IMG/VR virus record: IMGVR_UViG_3300045996_002337
Location: 186,001-250,000 of that record
Length of the DNA stretch: 64,000 nt
Strand: one strand, 5' to 3'
The notes beneath the pieces were generated by a model that was given only the letters and a program-made list of their open reading frames with translations, did no database searches and was not told the DNA's origin. This document shows, in pieces, positions 8,452 through 15,039 of this stretch (its first letter is position 1; every line of letters starts with the position of its first letter). The translations under genes and the position numbers were made by a program.

Positions 8452-9126
8452 TTATTTATGGGGCCAGAGAAGATCAAAGTTTCCCGCCATCACCCTATCA
8501 CAGGCCGCGGATCGCCCAGTTCGATGATCCTTTACAAGATTATCTTGAAAGCGGTACGTTCGAATTTTATCGCCACGTTCGCCACTTCCAACCTGTGCCT
8601 TGCGATCAGCTGCCAGCTCCAGGAGCTGACCATTTCGGGCAACGGAATTCAGGCGCACCATTATTTCTGTTTTGGCTTCGTTCAGAGAATTTTCACGTGA
8701 GCGGCACTGCGCTGTCACAATTTCACTTGATGGAATGTGCGTGATGCGACACGAATTTTGGTGCTTGTTTCTATGCTGGCCTCCAGCACCCGTGCCAGAG
8801 TACCATTCTATCTTGAAGTCACGCTCATTGAAGGTGACTCGTTTGATCTCTCCTGGATGGATGATTGCCACCGTGACGGTCGAGGAGTGTACCCGTCCCC
8901 GTCTCTCGGTTGGCGGTATGCGCTGAATCCGGTGTCCGCCTGGCTCGTTGTTGAGCTCTGACAGATCCTCGCCGGTTACCTCAATGCTGAGTTCGCGAGA
9001 ATCAATCAGGCGGGTAGTTCAGCCGACGCGTTGCGCGTGGGCGATGTAGGCTTTAGCCAGGTCCTTCACGAACAGCTTGCTGTCCTCTCCGCCTTCGGCG
9101 GCTCGAATCTCAATAATGCGTTTCAT
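8452..9126 (-). CDS. RF1-like class-I peptide chain release factor (224 aa) containing an in-frame TGA at codon 36 (9019-9021)
   Basis: SD GGAG and ATG at 9126: MKRIIEIRAAEGGEDSKLFVKDLAKAYIAHAQRVG-TGA-TTRL...GGHRIQRIPPTERRGRVHSSTVTV...GAGGQHRNK...RSRENS...IRTYRF. PxT and GGQ motifs are intact and in one frame. Confidence 0.85.
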
Positions 9127-9138
9127 AACTTCTCCAAA

Positions 9139-9213
9139 TGGCGCCCCTGGCAGGAATCGAACCCACATTCACGCTTTAGAAGAGCGGTGTATTTTCCATT
9201 ATACGACAGGGGC
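9139..9213 (-). tRNA. tRNA-Arg(TCT)
   Basis: Cloverleaf, loop CT-TCT-AA, encoded CCA. Confidence 0.9.
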
Positions 9214-9219
9214 AGAGGT

Positions 9220-9738
9220 TTATTTTAACTCGTTTTTCTTCTCTATCTCAACTATTTGTTCAAGAACTGCGGTTGGGTTTGTTTCATCTGAAAGTCCCTG
9301 TGCTTCCGTGCGGTGTTCTTGTCTAACATCTAACCGCTCAGCTATCTTGTCAAGCAGCCGGAGGATAGCTGTGCTCTCGCGTTCAGCCAGCAGGTTAATT
9401 TGCAGGTCGAGTTTGTGTCGCTTGTCTGCTTCTTCAGCTAGACGATTCTGACTCAACAAAAGGAAACCAGAAAGGAGAATGGCCTCGAGCGAGACGAGTG
9501 TCGTGAGCAGGGTAAATGGGAACGGATCAAACTGCCATACAGTCAAATTAAGGGTTGTCCAGCCAATGAAGATGGCTAGATGAACGGCGATGAAGCTGAC
9601 GGTGCCAGCCCATTGTGCCACAGTATGTGCCACTTTTTCCGGGATGGATTGTTTCTTGAGCTGATCTTGCTCGTGCACAAAGATCGCCTCGATGTTCTCG
9701 TGGGTGATCTGCACTGGGTCATTAGGTGCTTCATTCAT
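9220..9738 (-). CDS. DUF1003 family membrane protein
   Basis: FDPFPFTLLTTLVSLEAILLSGFLLLSQNR...DLQINLLAE-x-E motif. Confidence 0.9.
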   Translation of the reverse strand: MNEAPNDPVQITHENIEAIFVHEQDQLKKQSIPEKVAHTVAQWAGTVSFIAVHLAIFIGWTTLNLTVWQFDPFPFTLLTTLVSLEAILLSGFLLLSQNRLAEEADKRHKLDLQINLLAERESTAILRLLDKIAERLDVRQEHRTEAQGLSDETNPTAVLEQIVEIEKKNELK

Positions 9739-9752
9739 GCACCTATTTATGT

Positions 9753-9879
9753 TGGTGGTGGCGGAAGGAATCGAACCTCCCCTGGCCGTTTATGAGTCGG
9801 ATAACCAATTACGGACGGTTGAGCTAACAACGAAAGGTGCAATCGATGTTTACCGTGCTGTCCACTACACTACGCCACC
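9753..9879 (-). ncRNA. tRNA/Y-RNA hybrid: tRNA acceptor, D and T arms with CCA, and a ~50-nt Ro60-helix-like domain in place of the anticodon arm
   Basis: GGTGGCG/CGCCACC-A-CCA, D arm, T loop TTCGATT; insert contains TCG-TTG[TTAGCT]CAA-C-CG and GGTTATCC/GATTGC, shared with the Y-like family. Confidence 0.6.
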
Positions 9880-9884
9880 ATGTT

Positions 9885-9956
9885 TGGAACCGCGGATGGG
9901 ATTCGAACCCACACATCAATCCTTCGGAGGGATCGTGCCGTTCCACCGGCCGCGGT
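9885..9956 (-). tRNA. tRNA-Arg(CCG)
   Basis: Cloverleaf with weak D arm, CT-CCG-AA, CCA. Confidence 0.8.
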
Positions 9957-9957
9957 A

Positions 9958-10033
9958 TGGTGCTCTCGTCCAGGCTCGAACTGGATCCTCCGGATTACGA
10001 AACCGGCATACCACCATGTAATACTTCGAGAGC
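9958..10033 (-). tRNA. tRNA-Thr(CGT)
   Basis: TT-CGT-AA loop, CCA. Confidence 0.8.
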
Positions 10034-10099
10034 ATAGCCTAGATTCGATGTGAGCAGTTTCTACTCAAGTCATCAGTCTCTAGGCGGGACTTTAATTGA

Positions 10100-10181
10100 T
10101 CTGAACAAAGCCTTGCGGCGGCGCGGTCGAGGGCGAGTTCAAGTAAAAGTTGATAACCCTGCGGGTGCGATCCGGTTCAGA
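10100..10181 (-). ncRNA. Y-RNA-like small RNA (no tRNA module)
   Basis: TCTGAA-C-CG...GGTTATC...pyrimidine-rich loop...GCC-GCAA-GGC-TTTG-TTCAGA; homologous to 13170..13248. Confidence 0.6.
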
Positions 10182-10193
10182 AATTTTGTGTGT

Positions 10194-10418
10194 TCAAACA
10201 GCTTCGAGACCCTTTGCGTTGACCTCGAGCTGTTTTCGGATGTACCGCATGAAGAGCATGGCCTTGTCTTCCGCAAGGAAGACACCATCACCACAGTCTT
10301 CGACAGGCACGACGAAGTCAAAGCCGTCGTCAGTCCGGTAGTGAAGCTCGTTCTTGCGATACATCATGAAGCGGACCCGTTTTCCAGGTCCGACAAGTTC
10401 TTTCAGAGTGCTCATCAC
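10194..10418 (-). CDS. hypothetical protein
   Basis: 74-aa ORF coupled to 10415..10771. Confidence 0.65.
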   Translation of the reverse strand: MMSTLKELVGPGKRVRFMMYRKNELHYRTDDGFDFVVPVEDCGDGVFLAEDKAMLFMRYIRKQLEVNAKGLEAV

Positions 10419-10771
10419 ACCGTGTCTCCAATAAGATGGGGCGCGAGGTCTGGTCGATCAGGGTACTTCGCATCGATGGCATCGATCGCAAGGTGGGGCG
10501 ACGTGCCTCGATCCAGTTCGTGGATCTTGGAGAAGCCATTTTCCTTCGTGATTAGTGACTCGTGAGGCGAGATGCCGCCACGATACTTGCCATCACCCTT
10601 CTTGTGCATGAGGTTGCCAGTTGCTGGGTCGATCGAGCCCCACTTTGGCGTGTGCTCGGTCTCGATCGGCTCGACGTAGTACGTCTTGCCGGTGCGATAG
10701 GAGTAGACGATGAACCTGCCCGTGTCGTCGGTGCGACGCAGAAACGCGGAATGTACTTCACGGCTGATCAT
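10415..10771 (-). CDS. hypothetical protein
   Basis: 118-aa ORF with good SD. Confidence 0.7.
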   Translation of the reverse strand: MISREVHSAFLRRTDDTGRFIVYSYRTGKTYYVEPIETEHTPKWGSIDPATGNLMHKKGDGKYRGGISPHESLITKENGFSKIHELDRGTSPHLAIDAIDAKYPDRPDLAPHLIGDTV

Positions 10772-10810
10772 CTTCTTTCTCCTTAAGGGTTATGAGCACT
10801 ATTGCTCGGG

Positions 10811-11146
10811 TTAATTTTTCTCGAATTTGGCTTTGAGCCGCTGATACTGAGCAAGTTCGGCTTCTTTCTTTTCCTTGCGTTGTTGCTTCTTGCGCTCCTT
10901 TGCAAGGAGCTCGATGCGTTCCATCAGTTCAGTATGAGCAGCCTCGGACGCAATGCGATCAGCTTCTTGCGCATCGGTTTCAAGCCGTTGATAGACCAAA
11001 TAGATTTCGTTATCGTAGTAGCCGTGCCCCCTCTGGATGACAGCCGACTCAATTTCTTCTGGAGACAAGTTCGCGAGCAAGTCGCTCAAGCGATGCTGAT
11101 TAGTGATTTCAAAGAGTTGAAAGGTTTCGGTAATCTTTTGCTTCAT
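10811..11146 (-). CDS. hypothetical protein (coiled-coil C-terminus)
   Basis: 111-aa ORF, SD GAGG. Confidence 0.65.
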   Translation of the reverse strand: MKQKITETFQLFEITNQHRLSDLLANLSPEEIESAVIQRGHGYYDNEIYLVYQRLETDAQEADRIASEAAHTELMERIELLAKERKKQQRKEKKEAELAQYQRLKAKFEKN

Positions 11147-11164
11147 AAAAACCTCTGTTTATTG

Positions 11165-11238
11165 TGGTGCTCAATGAAGGAATTGAACCTTCTCTTCATC
11201 CTTACCAAAGATGCGTACTGCCATTATACGAAGAGAGC
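11165..11238 (-). tRNA. tRNA-Thr(GGT)
   Basis: TT-GGT-AA; two acceptor mismatches; CCA. Confidence 0.8.
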
Positions 11239-11244
11239 ATGGAT

Positions 11245-11319
11245 TGGTGGTGATGGTGGGAATCGGACCCACGACACAGAGCTTATGAGACTCCTGCTTA
11301 ACCATTCAGCTTCATCACC
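11245..11319 (-). tRNA. tRNA-Met/Ile2(CAT)
   Basis: CT-CAT-AA; CCA. Confidence 0.8.
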
Positions 11320-11324
11320 ATGTT

Positions 11325-11397
11325 TGGCAAGCCTCCATGGATTTTAACCACGACCTCCGTTCGCGACACGGCGCACTGACAATTGTGCTAAAGACTT
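11325..11397 (-). tRNA. degenerate tRNA, anticodon CGC (Ala?)
   Basis: Cloverleaf with GT-CGC-GA loop, atypical T loop TTAAAAT, lacks the usual Ala acceptor sequence; CCA. Confidence 0.5.
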
Positions 11398-11403
11398 ATT
11401 GTT

Positions 11404-11479
11404 TGGCAACCCCGGTCAGACTCGAACTGACGCCCTTCGCGCTCAGAACGCGACGCTCTACCAACTAAGCTACGAGGCA
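11404..11479 (-). tRNA. tRNA-Gln(CTG)
   Basis: TT-CTG-AG, weak 1:72 pair, G73, CCA. Confidence 0.85.
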
Positions 11480-11488
11480 ACTGATTTT

Positions 11489-11562
11489 TGGCGATCCGTA
11501 GGGGAATCGAACCCCTTTCTTACGCTAGACAGGCGTAGATAATACCAATATATGAACGGACC
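11489..11562 (-). tRNA. tRNA-Asp(GTC)
   Basis: CT-GTC-TA, G73, CCA. Confidence 0.85.
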
Positions 11563-11567
11563 ATGTT

Positions 11568-11642
11568 TGGTGCCTGAGAAAGGAATCGAACCTTAGGTCT
11601 ACCGCTTATCAAGCGGGTGCTCTACCATTGAGCTACTCAGGC
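11568..11642 (-). tRNA. tRNA-Ile(GAT)
   Basis: TT-GAT-AA, CCA. Confidence 0.9.
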
Positions 11643-12012
11643 GTTTTTTGTTTCCTTTGCCACCTTTGGATGAGGCGGCACGGTGCATTTCCTTCCATCG
11701 CTCTTCACCGTATTTCGCGACGTTTTTCGCATATTGCGACGACCATGTTCCCGCTGCTTTTTGATCAAACAGATTGTCACTGGGCGTTCCCCAATACAGA
11801 TGTTTAGGGTTTGAACACGCGTGAACATTACACGCGTGGCACAGAAGGATCTTCATGCCTGCAGGAATTGTCGTTTTAAGCGTGTGAGCTAAAAGACCTC
11901 GATAATGACGGCTGTCCGCTCCTCCAATGAGAATACAGGGCTCAGTCAAATCTAAATGCGCAATACGTTCTGCCCGAGAGCGCTGTATATAGGCTTCAAT
12001 GTCTTCAAACAT
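11599..12012 (-). mobile_element. free-standing HNH (His-Me finger) homing-endonuclease-like gene inside the tRNA array
   Basis: LLCHACNVHACSNPKHLYWGTPSDN motif; own TATAAT promoter near 12019; stop codon lies inside tRNA-Ile. Confidence 0.7.
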
Positions 12013-12032
12013 GATGCATTATAACACAAATT

Positions 12033-12107
12033 TGGTACTCCTGACGGGTTTCGATCCCGCTTCTCAACCTTGAAAGGGTCGTGTCCTAGCCACTAGACGA
12101 CAGGAGT
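12033..12107 (-). tRNA. tRNA-Glu(TTC)
   Basis: CT-TTC-AA, CCA. Confidence 0.85.
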
Positions 12108-12109
12108 AT

Positions 12110-12183
12110 TGGTACCTGCAGAAGGAATCGAACCTTCTTCTCAACGATGTCAACGTCGCGCTCTACCATTGAGCTATGCGGGT
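12110..12183 (-). tRNA. tRNA-Val(GAC)
   Basis: TT-GAC-AT, CCA. Confidence 0.9.
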
Positions 12184-12189
12184 GATGTT

Positions 12190-12264
12190 TGGCGCCGACG
12201 ACGGGACTCGAACCCGCCTAAACCTCATAGACAGTGAGGTGTTCTCCCTGAGAACTACGTCGGC
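12190..12264 (-). tRNA. tRNA-Asp(GTC)
   Basis: CT-GTC-TA, G73, CCA. Confidence 0.85.
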
Positions 12265-12270
12265 AATGTT

Positions 12271-12346
12271 TGGCAAGGGAGGTGGGACTCGAACCCACAA
12301 CAGGCGCATTCAAAGTGCGGTGCTCTACCAATTGAGCTACTCCCCA
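12271..12346 (-). tRNA. tRNA-Gln(TTG)
   Basis: CT-TTG-AA, CCA. Confidence 0.9.
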
Positions 12347-12366
12347 ACAGAAATTTATGTCTTAAG

Positions 12367-12448
12367 CTCCACGATCTGGGCTCGAACCAGACTTGATCTT
12401 TCGATCGCGGATTAACAGTCCGCTGCCACACCCGGCGGCTCTCGTGGA
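12367..12448 (-). tRNA. tRNA-Asn(GTT)-like with long variable arm, no encoded CCA, flanks extend the acceptor stem
   Basis: GCGGA-CTGTTAA-TCCGC; GATC-GAAA-GATC variable arm; CTTAAGCTCCACGA/TCGTGGAGCTTAAG 14-bp stem. Confidence 0.65.
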
Positions 12449-12476
12449 GCTTAAGACACTTACATAATGTTCTTTG

Positions 12477-12548
12477 CTCCAGAGGCAGGGATCGAACCTA
12501 CGACGGACGCATTAACAGTGCGCTGCTCTACCGCTGAGCTACACTGGA
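12477..12548 (-). tRNA. tRNA-Asn(GTT), no encoded CCA
   Basis: Canonical cloverleaf; leader TGTTCTTTGC pairs with trailer GCAAAGAACA. Confidence 0.85.
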
Positions 12549-12577
12549 GCAAAGAACACGTTTCAAAAATACTTAGG

Positions 12578-12651
12578 AGTGACCAGAGGGACTTGAACCC
12601 TCATTATCTGCATTCACAGTGCAGCGCGTCTACCAATTCCGCCATGGCCAC
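12578..12651 (-). tRNA. tRNA-His(GTG), no encoded CCA
   Basis: CT-GTG-AA; leader ACTTAGG pairs with trailer CCTAAGT; C at -1 and T73 are atypical. Confidence 0.75.
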
Positions 12652-12668
12652 GCCTAAGTATTCTTACT

Positions 12669-12744
12669 TGGTACGTCTGAGAGGATTCGAACCTCCAACC
12701 TGAGCCTTCGTAGGACCCTGCTCTTCCAGTTGAGCTACAGACGT
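12669..12744 (-). tRNA. tRNA-Arg(ACG)
   Basis: CT-ACG-AA, CCA. Confidence 0.9.
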
Positions 12745-12750
12745 ATTGTT

Positions 12751-12826
12751 TGGTAGGGGCACAGGGATTCGAACCCTGACTTGACGGATTAAAAGTCCGC
12801 TGTGATAACCATTTCACCATACCCCC
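12751..12826 (-). tRNA. tRNA-Lys(TTT)
   Basis: CT-TTT-AA, CCA. Confidence 0.85.
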
Positions 12827-12841
12827 GTTAGGAGGTACGTT

Positions 12842-12887
12842 TGGCAGACGCGCTAGGCGTCGAAGACATTTGTCGCATTGCGCGTCC
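12842..12887 (-). ncRNA. 46-nt mini-tRNA-like element
   Basis: GGACGCG...CGCGTCT-G-CCA acceptor stem enclosing a small GACA-AA-TGTC hairpin. Confidence 0.4.
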
Positions 12888-12900
12888 TTTCTTTGTTGAT

Positions 12901-12972
12901 TGGCATCCCGTCAGAGAGTCGAACTCTGTCCATGCGTTTTGGAGACGACAGGCCCTAGCCGTAGGCCGAGAT
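12901..12972 (-). tRNA. degenerate tRNA-Trp(CCA)
   Basis: CT-CCA-AA loop, intact T arm and CCA, irregular D arm and anticodon stem. Confidence 0.6.
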
Positions 12973-12984
12973 ATTAACTTGATT

Positions 12985-13078
12985 TGGCTCCCTCGGACGG
13001 ACTCGAACCGCCATATTACGCCTTACGGCCTTTACGTCTGATTAACAGTCAGGTCTCTTACCATTAGAGTACAAGGGA
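12985..13078 (-). tRNA. tRNA-Asn(GTT) with 24-nt variable region
   Basis: CT-GTT-AA; variable arm GCC-GTAA-GGC; G73; CCA. Confidence 0.8.
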
Positions 13079-13086
13079 ATAGAACT

Positions 13087-13161
13087 TGGTGCGCCTCCCC
13101 AGAATCGAACTGGGCTCTCTCCGGTTAAGAGCCGGGACTTCGCCAGCAAAGTTTGAGACGC
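13087..13161 (-). tRNA. tRNA-Lys(CTT)
   Basis: CT-CTT-AA, CCA. Confidence 0.8.
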
Positions 13162-13169
13162 GAAGAAAG

Positions 13170-13248
13170 TCTGAACAAAAGCCTTGCGGCGTGCGGTCTC
13201 AAGGAGGTTCAATAAAAGTGATAACCTTGAAGTTGCGAGCGGTTCAGA
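13170..13248 (-). ncRNA. Y-RNA-like small RNA (no tRNA module)
   Basis: TCTGAA-C-CG...GGTTATC-ACTTTTA...GCC-GCAA-GGC-TTTTG-TTCAGA; homolog of 10100..10181. Confidence 0.6.
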
Positions 13249-13253
13249 TTGTT

Positions 13254-13328
13254 TGGCGCTCCGTAGGGGTTACGATCCCCTCTAGCCAGGTTGAAAGCCT
13301 GGTGACCTCACCAGATGTCTAACGGAGC
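13254..13328 (-). tRNA. tRNA-Glu(TTC)
   Basis: CT-TTC-AA, CCA. Confidence 0.85.
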
Positions 13329-13334
13329 ATTGTT

Positions 13335-13410
13335 TGGTGGGCCCTCACGGAATCGAACCGTGTCCTTCGGAGCTTCAATCCGACGTACGCACCAGCTATA
13401 CCAAAGACCC
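13335..13410 (-). tRNA. tRNA-Phe(GAA)
   Basis: TT-GAA-GC, CCA. Confidence 0.85.
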
Positions 13411-13418
13411 ATAAATTT

Positions 13419-13494
13419 TGGCTGGCCACCGCGGTCTCGAACCGCGAACCCCTGGTTTTGGAGACCAGTGCTCTGCCAATTGAGCTAGTGACCA
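13419..13494 (-). tRNA. tRNA-Trp(CCA)
   Basis: CT-CCA-AA, G73, CCA. Confidence 0.9.
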
Positions 13495-13498
13495 ATAT

Positions 13499-13735
13499 CT
13501 ATTTCTTCAACGCTCTAGAAGTCGAGGTCGCCTTGAGAGCTTAGTCCAACCGCCGTACGAACGTTGAAGAAATAGTCCATTGCCACCGAGGTGGTACGAG
13601 AATCCTCTTCCGAGAATCCTCCAATGGACTAAAACATATCCATCCCTTTTCGCGCTCGGCAGTCTGAAGAGTACTCGACTGATTCATGGCGGTCCATCTT
13701 GTTTATATCCCGCGAGATGTAGCAACGCGGTAAAA
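13499..13735 (-). ncRNA. structured non-coding leader (several long hairpins)
   Basis: 13-bp IR tatttcttcaacg/cgttgaagaaata, 10-bp IR tagtccattg/caatggacta, direct repeat cgagaatcct x2. Confidence 0.4.
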
Positions 13736-13744
13736 ATTGTCTCT

Positions 13745-13790
13745 AAAAAACAACCCAGGGTCCAATCTTTCGAGAGGACCCTGGTTCTTG
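13745..13790 (-). terminator. intrinsic terminator (attenuator) upstream of tRNA array 1
   Basis: AACCAGGGTCC-loop-GGACCCTGGGTTG followed by TTTTTT on the minus strand. Confidence 0.85.
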
Positions 13791-13808
13791 TGAGTGTGGA
13801 AGAAGCGC

Positions 13809-13946
13809 TTAGCTTACTTTCCTCCCTAGAACCAGGGACGTATCGGTGATAATCTCATCATTTCGCTTATTCTCGAAACGCACAGAGACGTCTTGGCTTT
13901 GTTGCCAATGCATTTCTGTTTGTTTAAAGAAGGTTACGAAGTTCAC
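13809..13946 (-). CDS. putative 45-aa leader peptide (attenuator)
   Basis: SD AGGA then GTG; MNFVTFFKQTEMHWQQSQDVSVRFENKRNDEIITDTSLVLGRKVS*; its 3' part GTCCCTGGTTCT is complementary to the terminator 5' arm. Confidence 0.55.
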   Translation of the reverse strand: MNFVTFFKQTEMHWQQSQDVSVRFENKRNDEIITDTSLVLGRKVS

Positions 13947-14061
13947 GATAAGTTCCTAGTAAGGTTGTTCTGTTGCGACGCTTGCACGTCTTGTTAAATC
14001 TATATATGCGATTTCTCAGAAGTTCAGCGATTGCCTTCATCCTGTGAAGATCAGTTTGTTT

Positions 14062-14198
14062 AACCGATGAAGCAATTATAACATGTCTTCACCGTTTGTA
14101 CACTATCTTTTTCAACCTGTTGTTTGAAGCAGCTTCGTTATGTTGCTGCTTGTTCTCAACCGATGAAGCAATTTTAACACACATGGAGCCGATGTACA
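14062..14198 (-). promoter_or_regulatory. two tandem sigma70-like promoters with a duplicated downstream sequence
   Basis: TGTACA-N16-TATAAT (14102-14075) and TGTACA-N16-TAAAAT (14198-14171), each followed by TGCTTCATCGGTT. Confidence 0.7.
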
Positions 14199-14217
14199 CA
14201 CAAAGAGTGTAACTCTT

Positions 14218-15039
14218 TCAGGTCGGTTTTGGCAACTTGATCTTCTTCAGCCCAAGAATGAAATCGTTGGCGATGAGGTCATTGTCGTCTACGATCGGGT
14301 CAAGAATCACTATTTGACCGTCGCGCAGTGCAAGGTTGCGGTCTGCCACATCATAGCGGTCGTATTTACCCATCACCTTAGCCAGTTTCACAGAGATTGC
14401 CATCAATTCAAGCACATCGGGATTCAGCTTCTCAATGTACTTTGACAAATCTGCACCTTCAATGTCTGAGTCCTCAGCATGGTAGTGAAGCATTTCGATA
14501 AGCGCGGCGCGCGGGTTGTTACCCATGCCTCCCCATTCAAACACCGTTTCGATCGACGTGTAGTTCTCAATGTCGTTGAACTCCATGCCAATCTCTTCAA
14601 GCACCTTCCGGTCCTTGAAGAGCCACAGTACGCTGTCGCCTTTGAATGGTTGAAGAAGCTCCATCTTCACGTACTTCAGACCGCGGAGGATTTCGGCATC
14701 AGCTTCAAGATTATCCGGATCTTCTTTCGCGGACTTCAAATTTAGAAGACGCGGGAGATGCTTGATTTTTGATTTGAACTTTGGCAGCCATCGCGATGGG
14801 TTCTCCATGCAGAACTCAACGAACTTTTCGTAGGCACTGTCACGATGCCAGAACTTGTACACCTTTTCGCCATCAGTTAGGGCGAGGGCATTCGCACCCC
14901 TTCCCAATGGGCGCAGCTTGGTAACCCCAGCATCGATAGCTTGCTGAAGGCGCTGTAAGACAGCAGCAACATGGCTCTCTTCGTCATTTTGCGAAGGCGC
15001 CGTGATGGATTTAATGCCGGTGAGTTCAAGTAGATTCAT
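14218..15039 (-). CDS. Ser/Thr protein kinase-like protein (T7 gp0.7-like fold)
   Basis: LGRGANA G-loop, VYKF lysine, YDVADRN catalytic loop, ILDP. ORF track start 15093; likely start 15039. Confidence 0.7.
   Translation of the reverse strand: MNLLELTGIKSITAPSQNDEESHVAAVLQRLQQAIDAGVTKLRPLGRGANALALTDGEKVYKFWHRDSAYEKFVEFCMENPSRWLPKFKSKIKHLPRLLNLKSAKEDPDNLEADAEILRGLKYVKMELLQPFKGDSVLWLFKDRKVLEEIGMEFNDIENYTSIETVFEWGGMGNNPRAALIEMLHYHAEDSDIEGADLSKYIEKLNPDVLELMAISVKLAKVMGKYDRYDVADRNLALRDGQIVILDPIVDDNDLIANDFILGLKKIKLPKPT

Noticed and set aside
9100-13500. CRISPR array suggested by recurring ttcgaacc/tggt motifs
   Set aside because: The repeats are tRNA T-loops and CCA ends, with no constant repeat-spacer periodicity and no cas genes.
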